In this document: positions 8,744 through 18,514 of the stretch, one piece after another
Numbering within the stretch: the stretch's first letter is position 1
How the letters are laid out: the number at the start of each line of letters is the position of its first letter
Source of the DNA: Pseudomonadota bacterium
GTDB lineage: Bacteria > Campylobacterota > Campylobacteria > Campylobacterales > Sulfurimonadaceae
Assembly (NCBI GenBank): GCA_043797085.1
Contig: JAZDQA010000006.1
Coordinates: forward strand, 128,001-192,000
DNA length: 64,000 bases
Reading direction: 5' to 3'
Translations under genes and position numbers: made by a program
Notes under the pieces: model-generated
The model's input: the letters and a program-made list of their open reading frames with translations, nothing else
Database searches by the model: none
Told to the model about the DNA's origin: nothing

Positions 8744-10254
8744 TGTTTTTAGGAAATAGCAAAAAGCAAAAGGAGTTTAATACTGAAGTAAACTTAGCAA
8801 TATGCATAGAATTAGAACGATTCGGATTTGCAAATGCTGAACATTTTAAAAGTTATGCCGATCTGAGCAAAGTAGCAGAAAGTAAAATTAATCCTCAATA
8901 TGCTGACAATAATTATCATCAACAATCAGGTTTTTCTGCTGAAATTAAAACTGAAGCACGAATAAATGCTGAAAATATAATAAACGATAGTGACAAAAGA
9001 ATAAAGAGGACTGACAAGATAGGCAACGTAAATCATCCTAAATTTGATCATGTTGACGTGGATAAAAATGGAAATCCTATATTAAATAATGATGGTACTT
9101 TCAAAGGTGGTTCACAGCAAAAAGTACATATTAATATTGAAACATACGATAAGTATTCAAAGCCAGAATTGTATGAAAAATATCAAGGTGCACCGATTGA
9201 TGTTCCAACAAATCAACTTGAAGAAATCAAACAACGATATGCAAATACAATTGAAAACCTACAACAACAAGAGGCTAAATTAAGACAATCTGGTAAAATA
9301 GAATTAGCTAATGAAAAAAATGCAGAAATCACAAGGGCAAAAGATGTAAGAAATAGATTTAGAGATTCAAAGGTAAGTACGGATGAAGCTATGGAAGCGA
9401 GAAAAAATCCAGCGTTAAGTGTTGGCAAAGACATAGCTGACATATCTCACAAAGCTGGTGTTGAAGCATCTAAAATGGGCGCTAGTATTGGGGGTGGACT
9501 TAGTCTTTTGAAAAATATTTTTTTAGTTATAAAAGGCGAAAGTGATACATATAATGCAACAAAAAATGTTATTATTGACACTGGAAAATCCGCAGCAGTT
9601 AGTTATGCCACTGGTGCATCAAGTAGCGCGATTCAAGGTGCACTAAAAGCATCAGGTAGTCAAATCACTCAAAATCTAGCAAAAGGCAATACACCTACGC
9701 TGATTATACAAACTAGCATCATCATAGTTCAATACACTAAAAAATTAGTTGCTGGTAAAATTACGCCACTTGAATTTGCTAAGCATATGGGTCAAGAAAG
9801 TACAACTTTAGCTACATCTATTACTGGTGCAAATTTAGGCGCAATCGTAGGAACCTTAATAGTACCTGGAGTTGGTACAATTGTAGGTGGGGTAATAGGT
9901 GGAATGGTGGCTTCTATAATGAGTAGCGCCGTATATTCAGAATTACAAAAGTCTATTCATGATTTAGAATTATCTAATCAGCAAAGAGAAATGATTAGAC
10001 AATATTGTCAAAGTTTAATTAAGCAAGAAAAAGAATACAGAGAATATACCATGTCGATATTTGACAAATATTTTGATAATAAAGAATTTGAAATCAGAAA
10101 TGGTTTTGAAAATGTAAGTTTAGCCTTTCAAAATGGTACAGATATTAATCAAGGATTGTCAATGATAGGTCAAGCTTTTAATATTAACCTACAATTTGAT
10201 AATGCACAAGGGTTTAAAAATTTTGTGAAAAGTGATCAGGTATTACGATTATAA
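8740..10254 (+). CDS. Coiled-coil/glycine-zipper protein with possible N-terminal nuclease-like domain
   Basis: GAIVGTLIVPGVGTIVGGVIGGMVA zipper and N-terminal GFSAE...D...QQK; 4-bp overlap with the upstream gene. Confidence 0.7.
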   Translation: MMFLGNSKKQKEFNTEVNLAICIELERFGFANAEHFKSYADLSKVAESKINPQYADNNYHQQSGFSAEIKTEARINAENIINDSDKRIKRTDKIGNVNHPKFDHVDVDKNGNPILNNDGTFKGGSQQKVHINIETYDKYSKPELYEKYQGAPIDVPTNQLEEIKQRYANTIENLQQQEAKLRQSGKIELANEKNAEITRAKDVRNRFRDSKVSTDEAMEARKNPALSVGKDIADISHKAGVEASKMGASIGGGLSLLKNIFLVIKGESDTYNATKNVIIDTGKSAAVSYATGASSSAIQGALKASGSQITQNLAKGNTPTLIIQTSIIIVQYTKKLVAGKITPLEFAKHMGQESTTLATSITGANLGAIVGTLIVPGVGTIVGGVIGGMVASIMSSAVYSELQKSIHDLELSNQQREMIRQYCQSLIKQEKEYREYTMSIFDKYFDNKEFEIRNGFENVSLAFQNGTDINQGLSMIGQAFNINLQFDNAQGFKNFVKSDQVLRL

Positions 10255-10589
10255 ATATTTTACATCTAAATGAGTATGGAATATATTGTTAGTGTAGTCA
10301 TATTCAATTTGGGCGAATCAAAAAAAATACTTATCCCTCTTTTTATTCACTACTACATCTCTTAGAGCGATACTGATCACATTGGCACGGACGATCTCAC
10401 ACGCTCATAGCAGTGTGGGTTTGTCGTAAGCCGCTTCGCTTTGGATTTTTTTGGATCGCGTTAATTTGGGATACATCAGTACATCTGAACTGGGAATCAC
10501 CAGTGAATTCGTAAGATTATTGTGTGCTCTTATAGGAATTTATATCGGGTTATACATAGGAAAAATGACGTTGGATAGGGAAGATTAAA

Positions 10590-11828
10590 ATGAGCACAAT
10601 AAATATCGCAGTCGATAAAAATAAAGAGTTACAACGAATGAAAACTTTCGCATTAACAGTGCTTGCAATCGCTTTTGTGGGTTATGTGATGGGGATGTAC
10701 TTCCATATCGGAGCGCTAAAAGCATTTAGCGAAGCGGCAATGGTCGGGGGGATAGCCGATTGGTTTGCCGTAGTAGCACTTTTTCGTCATCCAATGGGAA
10801 TCAAGCAAATTCCACATACAGCCATTATTCCAAATAGCAAAAGTAAAATTGCTGACAATCTCGGACTCTTTATTCAAAACGAATTCATCAGTAAAATCGG
10901 GCTACGTGATTTAGTCGATCGACACGATCCTGCTCTCAAGATCGCTCATTATCTATCCAACGAATCAAATGCAAACATGATCGCTGACAAGATTACAAAA
11001 GCAATTCCTCCACTTTTAAAGCTTATCAACGACGAGAGTGTTAGTCGGTTTGTCTCGCATCAGCTATCCACGCATTTAGAAAAAACCGATTTATCTCCTA
11101 TATTGGCTCAAACTTTGGATATATTAACTAAAGATGGACGTCACCATGAAATCATAAATAATATGATCCCATCCTTGAAATCCTTGCTAAACGACTATAA
11201 ACCTACAATGCATAACATAATAAAAAGTGAAGTGGGAGTTTTTAAATATTTTGGTGCTGATACAATAATCTTGAATAAAATTTATAACGGAATTGAGTTG
11301 TTATTGCATGAGATTGAAAATCAACCTAATCATTCATTCTACCAAAAACTCGATGAAATAGTTGACCATTTAGTCCTCAATTTAAAAACATCTTCTGAAT
11401 TACAGGCAAAAGTAAACGCTATTAAATATGATCTTATGCATAATAAAACATTACAAAACTATTTAGGAGGTATAGGCGCTGAGATTAAAGCGATGATTAC
11501 TCATGACCTTTCTCAGCCTGATTCCCAAATAGCAAGCCACATCAAAAATGGAATTATTTCATTTGCAATACAACTTGAAGAAGATCAAGAACTGTCACGC
11601 AAATTCAATATCCTAATTAAAAAGGATATTGTCAATATTGTCGAACAGAATAAACATTTTATTGGCGACTTCATCCGAAATACGGTAGAAGAATGGGATG
11701 CGGAAGAGATGAGTCAGAAATTAGAGCTTGAAATTGGTCAAGATTTACAGTATATCCGCATCAACGGAGCGGTAGTCGGTGGGCTTGCAGGATTGGTCAT
11801 ATATTGGATAAGTCAGTTTGTATTTTAG
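10590..11828 (+). CDS. DUF445-family membrane protein
   Basis: EAAMVGGIADWFAVVALFRHP, PHTAIIP and DLQYIRINGAVVGG. Confidence 0.9.
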   Translation: MSTINIAVDKNKELQRMKTFALTVLAIAFVGYVMGMYFHIGALKAFSEAAMVGGIADWFAVVALFRHPMGIKQIPHTAIIPNSKSKIADNLGLFIQNEFISKIGLRDLVDRHDPALKIAHYLSNESNANMIADKITKAIPPLLKLINDESVSRFVSHQLSTHLEKTDLSPILAQTLDILTKDGRHHEIINNMIPSLKSLLNDYKPTMHNIIKSEVGVFKYFGADTIILNKIYNGIELLLHEIENQPNHSFYQKLDEIVDHLVLNLKTSSELQAKVNAIKYDLMHNKTLQNYLGGIGAEIKAMITHDLSQPDSQIASHIKNGIISFAIQLEEDQELSRKFNILIKKDIVNIVEQNKHFIGDFIRNTVEEWDAEEMSQKLELEIGQDLQYIRINGAVVGGLAGLVIYWISQFVF

Positions 11829-11887
11829 AAAAATATCAATTCAAAGGGGTGATTAAGCCCTCTTGGGAGGGAAAGGAGAAAACTTCT

Positions 11888-12061
11888 CTAGTCTTCTCTC
11901 CCTTTCGTTTTTATCCTCACACTGTATCCTCTATTTTCTAGCAATACTTCAATCCGTTTAGTGGTTTCTTTTTGATCACTACTCTCTATATGAAAATTTT
12001 CACGGTTATTGATACACTTGATAACCTCTTCATCAGACAGATCTATAAATAATATTGGCAT
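11888..12061 (-). CDS. Small hypothetical protein, possibly truncated
   Basis: MPILFIDL... follows a GAAGG RBS; divergent from the XRE gene; ends at a repeated backbone motif. Confidence 0.4.
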   Translation of the reverse strand: MPILFIDLSDEEVIKCINNRENFHIESSDQKETTKRIEVLLENRGYSVRIKTKGRED

Positions 12062-12160
12062 GCTATAACCTTCTCTGTAGCAATAGCTCCCCATAGGGTG
12101 TTGGTCAAAAAATCATATACCACTACAATTTAACACAACCTTATAGGGTGTTAAATAAAT

Positions 12161-12409
12161 ATGAAAATAATTGATTTTGAGAATGGCAATTTAGAAAGCT
12201 TCTATAAATTAGTAAGCACAAACGTCGTTCGGATTAGACAAGAAAAAAAGATTTCACAGCTTAAATTGGCTAATGCTATTGGACACCAAAACTCTACTTT
12301 CGTTGGCAAAGCAGAGTTATTGGCTGATAATAAGCATTTTAATTTAGAGCATCTGTATAAAATATCAGAAGTATTAGATGTCGATATTGCTGAGTTTTTT
12401 AAAAAGTAA
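12161..12409 (+). CDS. XRE-family HTH regulator
   Basis: RIRQEKKISQLKLANAIGH...NLEHLYKISEVLDV. Confidence 0.85.
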   Translation: MKIIDFENGNLESFYKLVSTNVVRIRQEKKISQLKLANAIGHQNSTFVGKAELLADNKHFNLEHLYKISEVLDVDIAEFFKK

Positions 12410-12492
12410 ATATTCTTGGCAGAGCTTATGAGATTACATCACGCCGCCTGTTGTCCCAATTATATTACTGATTTGTACCATTTGCCAATTCT

Positions 12493-13152
12493 TTATTTTT
12501 TATCGGTTATCGCATCAAGTCCACGAATTGTAAATTTTCGAGAATACAATGGTGATTTATAGTGAACTTTTGTAACTTTTTCTGCTGAATCAATTAAATC
12601 TTTGATTGCATTGATAAGTCCTTCTTCTTTGTAGGCAATGGATTTCTCATTATTAAAAGAAATATCAGGGTTTTGTGTTACACACTCAACTTTGGAATGA
12701 TTAATTTCATCTAAATATGAGTAAAAAGCATCTTTAGGGATAATCAATCCAAATTCTCTCCAAGCATATTTTTTACCCCAATAATATCCATCATGTGCAG
12801 CATGAATAACTCTTTCATCGTTTTTTGCTTTGTTCACATCATGCTTTTCTTTAGCCAGTTGCAGAGAATAATGATAACTTAACGTTGGATTCACTTCAGA
12901 ATTTTTCGATAGACAAGATGGTTCAATTATTTTATTTCCAACTTCATCTTCATAATATCCAATATTATAACGTTCACCTTCCGTAACTTCAGGGATGCCA
13001 TTGGCTACAAATTGATAAATTGTTTCGGTAGTTGCAGGCTTAAAACTATGGTGAAACTTGCCGCCCCCAATAGGTTCAATTTTATAATCGCGAACTATAA
13101 GATCGTGAATTGTTTTTAACTCTCTTGATTTCATCTGATACCTTGCTGACAA
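12493..13152 (-). CDS. Hypothetical protein
   Basis: 219-aa ORF; no motif recognised. Confidence 0.65.
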   Translation of the reverse strand: MSARYQMKSRELKTIHDLIVRDYKIEPIGGGKFHHSFKPATTETIYQFVANGIPEVTEGERYNIGYYEDEVGNKIIEPSCLSKNSEVNPTLSYHYSLQLAKEKHDVNKAKNDERVIHAAHDGYYWGKKYAWREFGLIIPKDAFYSYLDEINHSKVECVTQNPDISFNNEKSIAYKEEGLINAIKDLIDSAEKVTKVHYKSPLYSRKFTIRGLDAITDKK

Positions 13153-13265
13153 TAATATAACGCTTATTATATATAATAAATCAATAGTTGAATAGAATTA
13201 AAGAAATATTTTATGTCTAAATTTTTTTCTTTTCATTCTCATGTTATATGGACTTCTTTAACAAA

Positions 13266-15176
13266 TTATTTTTCTGTTAGTATAAAGTTTTTTTCTTTTT
13301 TATTAAATTTCAATTTAACAAACTCTTTATACTTATCTGGATATTTATTAATAGCTGTAGTCAAAATAAATTGGTAGTTGCCTATATTATCAGTTGGAGA
13401 ATTTTTTGAAAGCTCAAGTGCTTTATCTAATAAAATAATATTTTCAGTAATATCATCAATTCCAGCTTCTTCAGGTGTATCCATTAATAAAAAGTGAGGA
13501 TGTTTTATATTTTTATATTTTAGCCCCATTGCTAGTAGAGTAAAATAGTACATCATTCTTCTTGGCACACTAGCACTTTTTTCTCTATAGTCACCTCCAT
13601 CAACATAAGGGACGTAATCTTCATCAATTACAGCAATTTGAGCTTTTGCGGATGATAATTGCATCAATTTATTATAAATACTATTAAAGTTTTCAGTCAT
13701 TTTGGCATTGTTTTCATTGTATTTACTTTTCAATAAATTAAATGATTTAAAGATACTCTTATATGATGTGTCCGTACTGTTAAACTTCACCTCACGTTTT
13801 TCTTTTTCTCTATAGAGGTTAATTAACTGTTGAGATTTAAAGATATTTTCTTTTACCTTTGATATTTCAGCATTGATTCTGTCAATCAATTGTGTATTGC
13901 CGGAATATTCTATTGATTCAATTGCTGATTTAATCATAGAAGTTAATTCAAGTATTTGCTTGTCAATTTTATCTATATCTTCAGCCAGGGCTTCAATTTG
14001 AGTGTCATATGATGTTAAAGACAATTTAGTACTTTCTAAACTTTTGTATTTATGTTTTAGAATCTCTTGGTACTCATTTGAATTATATAAGAATTTTTCA
14101 TAATTTGTTTCGACTATTGTAGAACCACATAAACATTTTTTAGCTTCTTTTTCTATGCTGGATGCGCAGAATGGACAATATTCAAAGTCGAAAAGATTGA
14201 GTTTATCATTGGTAAATATACTTTTATTTATTGAATCAATTTCATTTTCTTGTATTGATAATAACCTTTGAATAGAGTCTCTTTCAATTTGAAGATTTTT
14301 TTTATATATTTTTTTCTGAGAGTTGTCTATCTCTAATTTGATTAGTTTTGCTTTTGTATCTTCTATATCTTTAAATTTATCACCTATGTGTGTATGTTCT
14401 TTTTGATAATCATTTCTATTCTTGACCAATTTTTCCATTTGTTGGAGTAAACTTGTTTCTTCTATTTCAACGTCTTTTAAGCTTGAGTTTAAATTTGGAT
14501 TTAATTTATTAAATTCATCTAGAGAAAATTGGGCTTCTTTTTTTTGTAATTTGGCTTCATTGAGCTCATTCATTTTTAGAAAATATTCGTCGGAAGAGGT
14601 TCCCATAAGGGTTTCAAAAATTGATTTTCTTATTATTGCAGAATCGGTAACAAAGTTGTCATTATTGGGTGTTTTAAATATTTTTCTAGGTTCAGTGTTT
14701 TGATCATAATTCAATAATCTAAAAAGGTCGTTAAAAGAGAAAAACCAATTTATTTCACCTAAACTCAATTCAAATCTTTTAATATCCAATTTGTCTAAAA
14801 GCCAATCTGAGAAGACAGTTTCTGCGCAATGTAGTCTTTTAATGCAAAATTTTTTTATTTTTCCATCTTTTAGTTCGAGGAAAATATCATTTTTACCAAT
14901 AAATCTTTTTAATTTATATTCAATATCATTTATTAATATAGTTAATTCAACAAAATTATTTTTATCATTTATGATTTTTTTATACTTTTCATGTTTATTA
15001 TTTGCATTAAAAACTGTTATCTCTCCACCCAATCCAAACTCTATAAAATAACTTAATGTACTCTTGCCAGAGCCGTTATCTCCTTCTATTATATTGATGC
15101 CATCTGTGAACAATGGGGATTCAAAAAAATATTTTTCTCCGCTATATTTGACTTGTTTTATTCTCAAATTTCCCAT
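13266..15176 (-). CDS. lmuB: SMC/Rad50-like ABC ATPase (Lamassu LmuB / ABC-3C type)
   Basis: Walker A GDNGSGKS, coiled coils around a CPFC...CLC zinc hook, Walker B FLLMDTP. Confidence 0.8.
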   Translation of the reverse strand: MGNLRIKQVKYSGEKYFFESPLFTDGINIIEGDNGSGKSTLSYFIEFGLGGEITVFNANNKHEKYKKIINDKNNFVELTILINDIEYKLKRFIGKNDIFLELKDGKIKKFCIKRLHCAETVFSDWLLDKLDIKRFELSLGEINWFFSFNDLFRLLNYDQNTEPRKIFKTPNNDNFVTDSAIIRKSIFETLMGTSSDEYFLKMNELNEAKLQKKEAQFSLDEFNKLNPNLNSSLKDVEIEETSLLQQMEKLVKNRNDYQKEHTHIGDKFKDIEDTKAKLIKLEIDNSQKKIYKKNLQIERDSIQRLLSIQENEIDSINKSIFTNDKLNLFDFEYCPFCASSIEKEAKKCLCGSTIVETNYEKFLYNSNEYQEILKHKYKSLESTKLSLTSYDTQIEALAEDIDKIDKQILELTSMIKSAIESIEYSGNTQLIDRINAEISKVKENIFKSQQLINLYREKEKREVKFNSTDTSYKSIFKSFNLLKSKYNENNAKMTENFNSIYNKLMQLSSAKAQIAVIDEDYVPYVDGGDYREKSASVPRRMMYYFTLLAMGLKYKNIKHPHFLLMDTPEEAGIDDITENIILLDKALELSKNSPTDNIGNYQFILTTAINKYPDKYKEFVKLKFNKKEKNFILTEK

Positions 15177-15667
15177 GTTAAGACTCCTCTGTCTGTAAAC
15201 AACTTATCTACCATTGTTTTAAGCTTTTGCTGTTTTTGTATACTGGCAAACTTCTTAATTTTTTTAATATTTTTAATTTCTTTTTTAAAATATTCTATGT
15301 CAAAAAAATCATTAGGTATTTTTTCTTTATAAATCCATATATCTAATGTTCTATGGACTGTATTTAACGATGCGTCTAAATAACCTTTATTTTTTAGTGT
15401 AATTATTAAATGTGATAACAATTTTTTTTTCAATTGAGCTCTTAAATATATATTACTTAATTCAATAGTTTGATAATCTTCTATATCAGTCATATTACTG
15501 ATAAATTCAATTAAATATGCTATTCGTCTAAAATCATGAAATCTATTAGTTTCACTGTTACAATCGAGCTCATTTAGAAGAAGTAAAAAATTATATGTTA
15601 AAAAGTTATAATCTTCTTTCTGAATGAACATCATTCTTTTTTTTGCTAATTGTTTGTCTTTACTCAT
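15164..15667 (-). CDS. ABC-3C middle component (LmuC-like)
   Basis: Small basic ORF overlapping both the protease and ATPase genes; called by position. Confidence 0.6.
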   Translation of the reverse strand: MSKDKQLAKKRMMFIQKEDYNFLTYNFLLLLNELDCNSETNRFHDFRRIAYLIEFISNMTDIEDYQTIELSNIYLRAQLKKKLLSHLIITLKNKGYLDASLNTVHRTLDIWIYKEKIPNDFFDIEYFKKEIKNIKKIKKFASIQKQQKLKTMVDKLFTDRGVLTWEI

Positions 15668-16727
15668 ATATGCCCTCTTTGTCAAATGCTAGGTAACATT
15701 CGTCAATTAAGTCTAAAATGATTTTATATATTAAATCATCGCTAATTGAGGGATAGTAATTATCTTTTCTTTTATCTTCAATAATTTTCTTTGCTCTATT
15801 TGAATATTTTTCTAAAAATTCTTTTATTTCAGATAGTGATAATTCGACTTTGTTGCTATATGTTTCGTAAAACTCCATAAGTTCATCTTGGCAAGCTTCA
15901 AATATAATATATTTGATAGATGTAATTTCTCTTTCATTATAGACTGAAAGACTGACTCGACCTAAATTAAGTTCTCTGGAATATTTTTCTATTCTATAAT
16001 CGGGTATATTCTGGCAGACTGCTTTTAATTTATCTTTTAAATTCCTCAATCCGTCTGAAGGACTGATATTCATCCATGCTTCCGACGAATGAAAATCAAT
16101 TTTGTTATTTGAAGTGTCACTATCTAATGTTTTCACATTTATATTTATAGACTTTAATAAGTCCTGAAAATACTTTATAGATAGTCCATTTAATTCTTTA
16201 GCTGTTCCGGCTTCTGTTAGCTGAGAATTTATTATCCCCACAATATTTTCATCTACAATCAGTGGTGCTCCCGATAATCCTTCATAGCTACTTAATTTTT
16301 GTTCAATATGTAAATCTAGATCTATTTTACCTTTTTTTAAATTTTCAAATTGGTCGTTAATATAATTGTCCATATCAATAAGATTATCGCCAGTGTCTTG
16401 CTTACCTATAGGATATCCTCTTGAGATCCATTTCGTGTTTGCTGTAAGATCGTGATTTACGATATCAATTTTTTCATAAGGTATTGATTCTGGTAATTTT
16501 AAAAGTGCAATATCTAATTCTTTATACTTGTCATCAATAAGCTCATGCAATTCAGCATCATGTATCTTATTATTTAAACAGGTCACTTTTATTTCATTAC
16601 AATTATCTACAATATGATATACGGTAAGAATTAGGTTGTCGCTAATTAAGAAGCCTGTACCATGTTTATCATTGCCTGTTACTTTGCATACATTATTTTT
16701 TAATTTTGTTAAAAAAGTTCTGCTCAT
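15660..16727 (-). CDS. Trypsin-like serine protease with helical C-terminal domain (LmuA-type effector)
   Basis: GTGFLI, LTVYHIV (His), DIALL (Asp) and GLSGAPL (Ser). Confidence 0.88.
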   Translation of the reverse strand: MSRTFLTKLKNNVCKVTGNDKHGTGFLISDNLILTVYHIVDNCNEIKVTCLNNKIHDAELHELIDDKYKELDIALLKLPESIPYEKIDIVNHDLTANTKWISRGYPIGKQDTGDNLIDMDNYINDQFENLKKGKIDLDLHIEQKLSSYEGLSGAPLIVDENIVGIINSQLTEAGTAKELNGLSIKYFQDLLKSININVKTLDSDTSNNKIDFHSSEAWMNISPSDGLRNLKDKLKAVCQNIPDYRIEKYSRELNLGRVSLSVYNEREITSIKYIIFEACQDELMEFYETYSNKVELSLSEIKEFLEKYSNRAKKIIEDKRKDNYYPSISDDLIYKIILDLIDECYLAFDKEGIYE

Positions 16728-17917
16728 TATATTTCAATCTCATTTAGATGCTTGATATCATAGTTGTATTTACTTTTGTATTCTTCATTATTTAATTCTT
16801 GCGAGATATCCAAATCATAATTGAATATTATTTCCTTCTTAGCATCTGTATTGCTAACAATAATTTTTGCCAAAGCTTCTATATTTGGATGTTTATGTTT
16901 AGTACCATTTGTTGAAATTAAAAATTTATCTGACCTTATTAAAGCCATTAAACGATTTGATATATTCTTATTACTTCCATGGTGGGGTATTTTAACCAAG
17001 TTAAAAAGCAATTCGTAGCCAACATCTTGCAGCTTTAATAAATTATCATATATTATATCTTCATGGGCATCGCCTAGAAATAACAGTTTTTTATCTTTAT
17101 ATTCAATTATAAATGATATTGATGAGCCGTTTGTAGCTGATTTGTCTTTTTCGCTTAAAGTAGACAATTCTTCAAAATCATATATGTTAGAAGCTGCAAT
17201 ATCTGATGTCAAAGAAGAATTGTCTTGTTCATACTTCATGTGAAATTCAAAAGCATCATCAAAAATTTCCTCATCACTTATTTCAAAATTATACTTTTCC
17301 TTTTGTAACTCATATAGCCATTCTGTAGATAGCTTTGTTAACTTTTCTTTATTTGGAGACAAAAGGATAAATTTAATATCACCTACGGTTACTTCCGTTT
17401 TAGTCGTACCATCTTTAGTGCATATGACAGTATGATTAAATGAAGAATTCCAATTATAGTTATATTTGTGAATTAGAGAAGCGAGAGACGAACCATGTTC
17501 ACATGTTATATCTTGAATACCATTAATATTATTTGACATATTTTTCATTATAAAAGATTCCAAAATGCTTTTAGTCTCTTGCTTAATATTTTTCACTTTT
17601 TCTTTGTCAAATTGAATATGTTTATAGCTATTATGCCAAATTTCTTTTATCTGTATGATCTCACCATTTTGGTTGTCTTGAATAAATTTTATGGCGCCAC
17701 CAATGTGATCTTCATCTATGTGACTTATAATTAACAGATCAATAGATTCATTTTTATTTTTTAGTTTTAATAGGTCATCTTTAATTTCAATTTGATAAGT
17801 TTCTGGCATTCCCATATCTATTAAAATATTTTGCCCATTCTCAAAATTTAGTAAAAATGCGTCTCCATTTTTTGCTTTAAAAGCTTTTATGTTAACTTTA
17901 ATAATAAATATTTCCAC
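16727..17917 (-). CDS. Metallo-beta-lactamase-fold hydrolase (ComEC-like)
   Basis: GDAFLL, LIDMG, SHIDEDHIGG (HxDxDH), NGSSI, LGDAH, KIPHHGS and HKHP. Confidence 0.9.
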   Translation of the reverse strand: MEIFIIKVNIKAFKAKNGDAFLLNFENGQNILIDMGMPETYQIEIKDDLLKLKNKNESIDLLIISHIDEDHIGGAIKFIQDNQNGEIIQIKEIWHNSYKHIQFDKEKVKNIKQETKSILESFIMKNMSNNINGIQDITCEHGSSLASLIHKYNYNWNSSFNHTVICTKDGTTKTEVTVGDIKFILLSPNKEKLTKLSTEWLYELQKEKYNFEISDEEIFDDAFEFHMKYEQDNSSLTSDIAASNIYDFEELSTLSEKDKSATNGSSISFIIEYKDKKLLFLGDAHEDIIYDNLLKLQDVGYELLFNLVKIPHHGSNKNISNRLMALIRSDKFLISTNGTKHKHPNIEALAKIIVSNTDAKKEIIFNYDLDISQELNNEEYKSKYNYDIKHLNEIEI

Positions 17918-18091
17918 CTTTTATAAAATATACCAAAATTTATTTTGTTTGATGACAATTTTTCATGCGTATTAATATATTCATCATGTTGCTATATTAC
18001 AACATTTTGTATTTTAAAGTATTTTATCACAATAATAGCCTCGTGGCGCTTGAACGATATACCAATCAGATAGACAAAAAAGCGATGGTTA

Positions 18092-18509
18092 ACAACAACA
18101 AAAGAAGAAGCTGCACTGGAACTCGACAAACTGGAGGGGAAATGGGGCAAAAGCTACTCCATCGTATTCAAATCTTGGCGCAGTAAATGGGAGAATTTGA
18201 CCATCTACTTTCAGTATCAAGAGGACATTAGACGAGTTATTTATACGACCAATATCGTTGAATCGGTACACCGTCAGTTCAGGACGCTGACGAAGACAAA
18301 AGCAGCTTTCCCTAACGATGACAGCTTGTTAAAATTACTCTTTATGGGAATTCAAAATGCGCAGAAAAAATGGACAATGCCAATACGGAACTGGAGCTTG
18401 ACAATCTCTCAACTCAGCATCCATTTCGAGGGACGACTCGATAAAGCTTTAAATCTATGATACAATTTTAGGAACTGCTAGATGCTGACACAGAATTCTG
18501 AACAGTCCC
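18092..18509 (+). mobile_element. IS256-family remnant (3' part of transposase plus right end)
   Basis: IRRVIYTTNIVESVHRQFR...KAAFPNDDSLLKLL; terminal GACACAGAATTCTGAACAGTCCC at 18487-18509; 5' part missing. Confidence 0.85.
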
Positions 18510-18514
18510 CTGTC

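Noticed and set aside
15660..17917. Avs1 (AVAST) call for the MBL + protease pair
   Set aside because: No STAND NTPase; the partner is an SMC-like ABC ATPase.
18028..18090. HNNSLVALERY as another integrase C-terminal relic
   Set aside because: The H-to-Y spacing is off by one and the match is too short.
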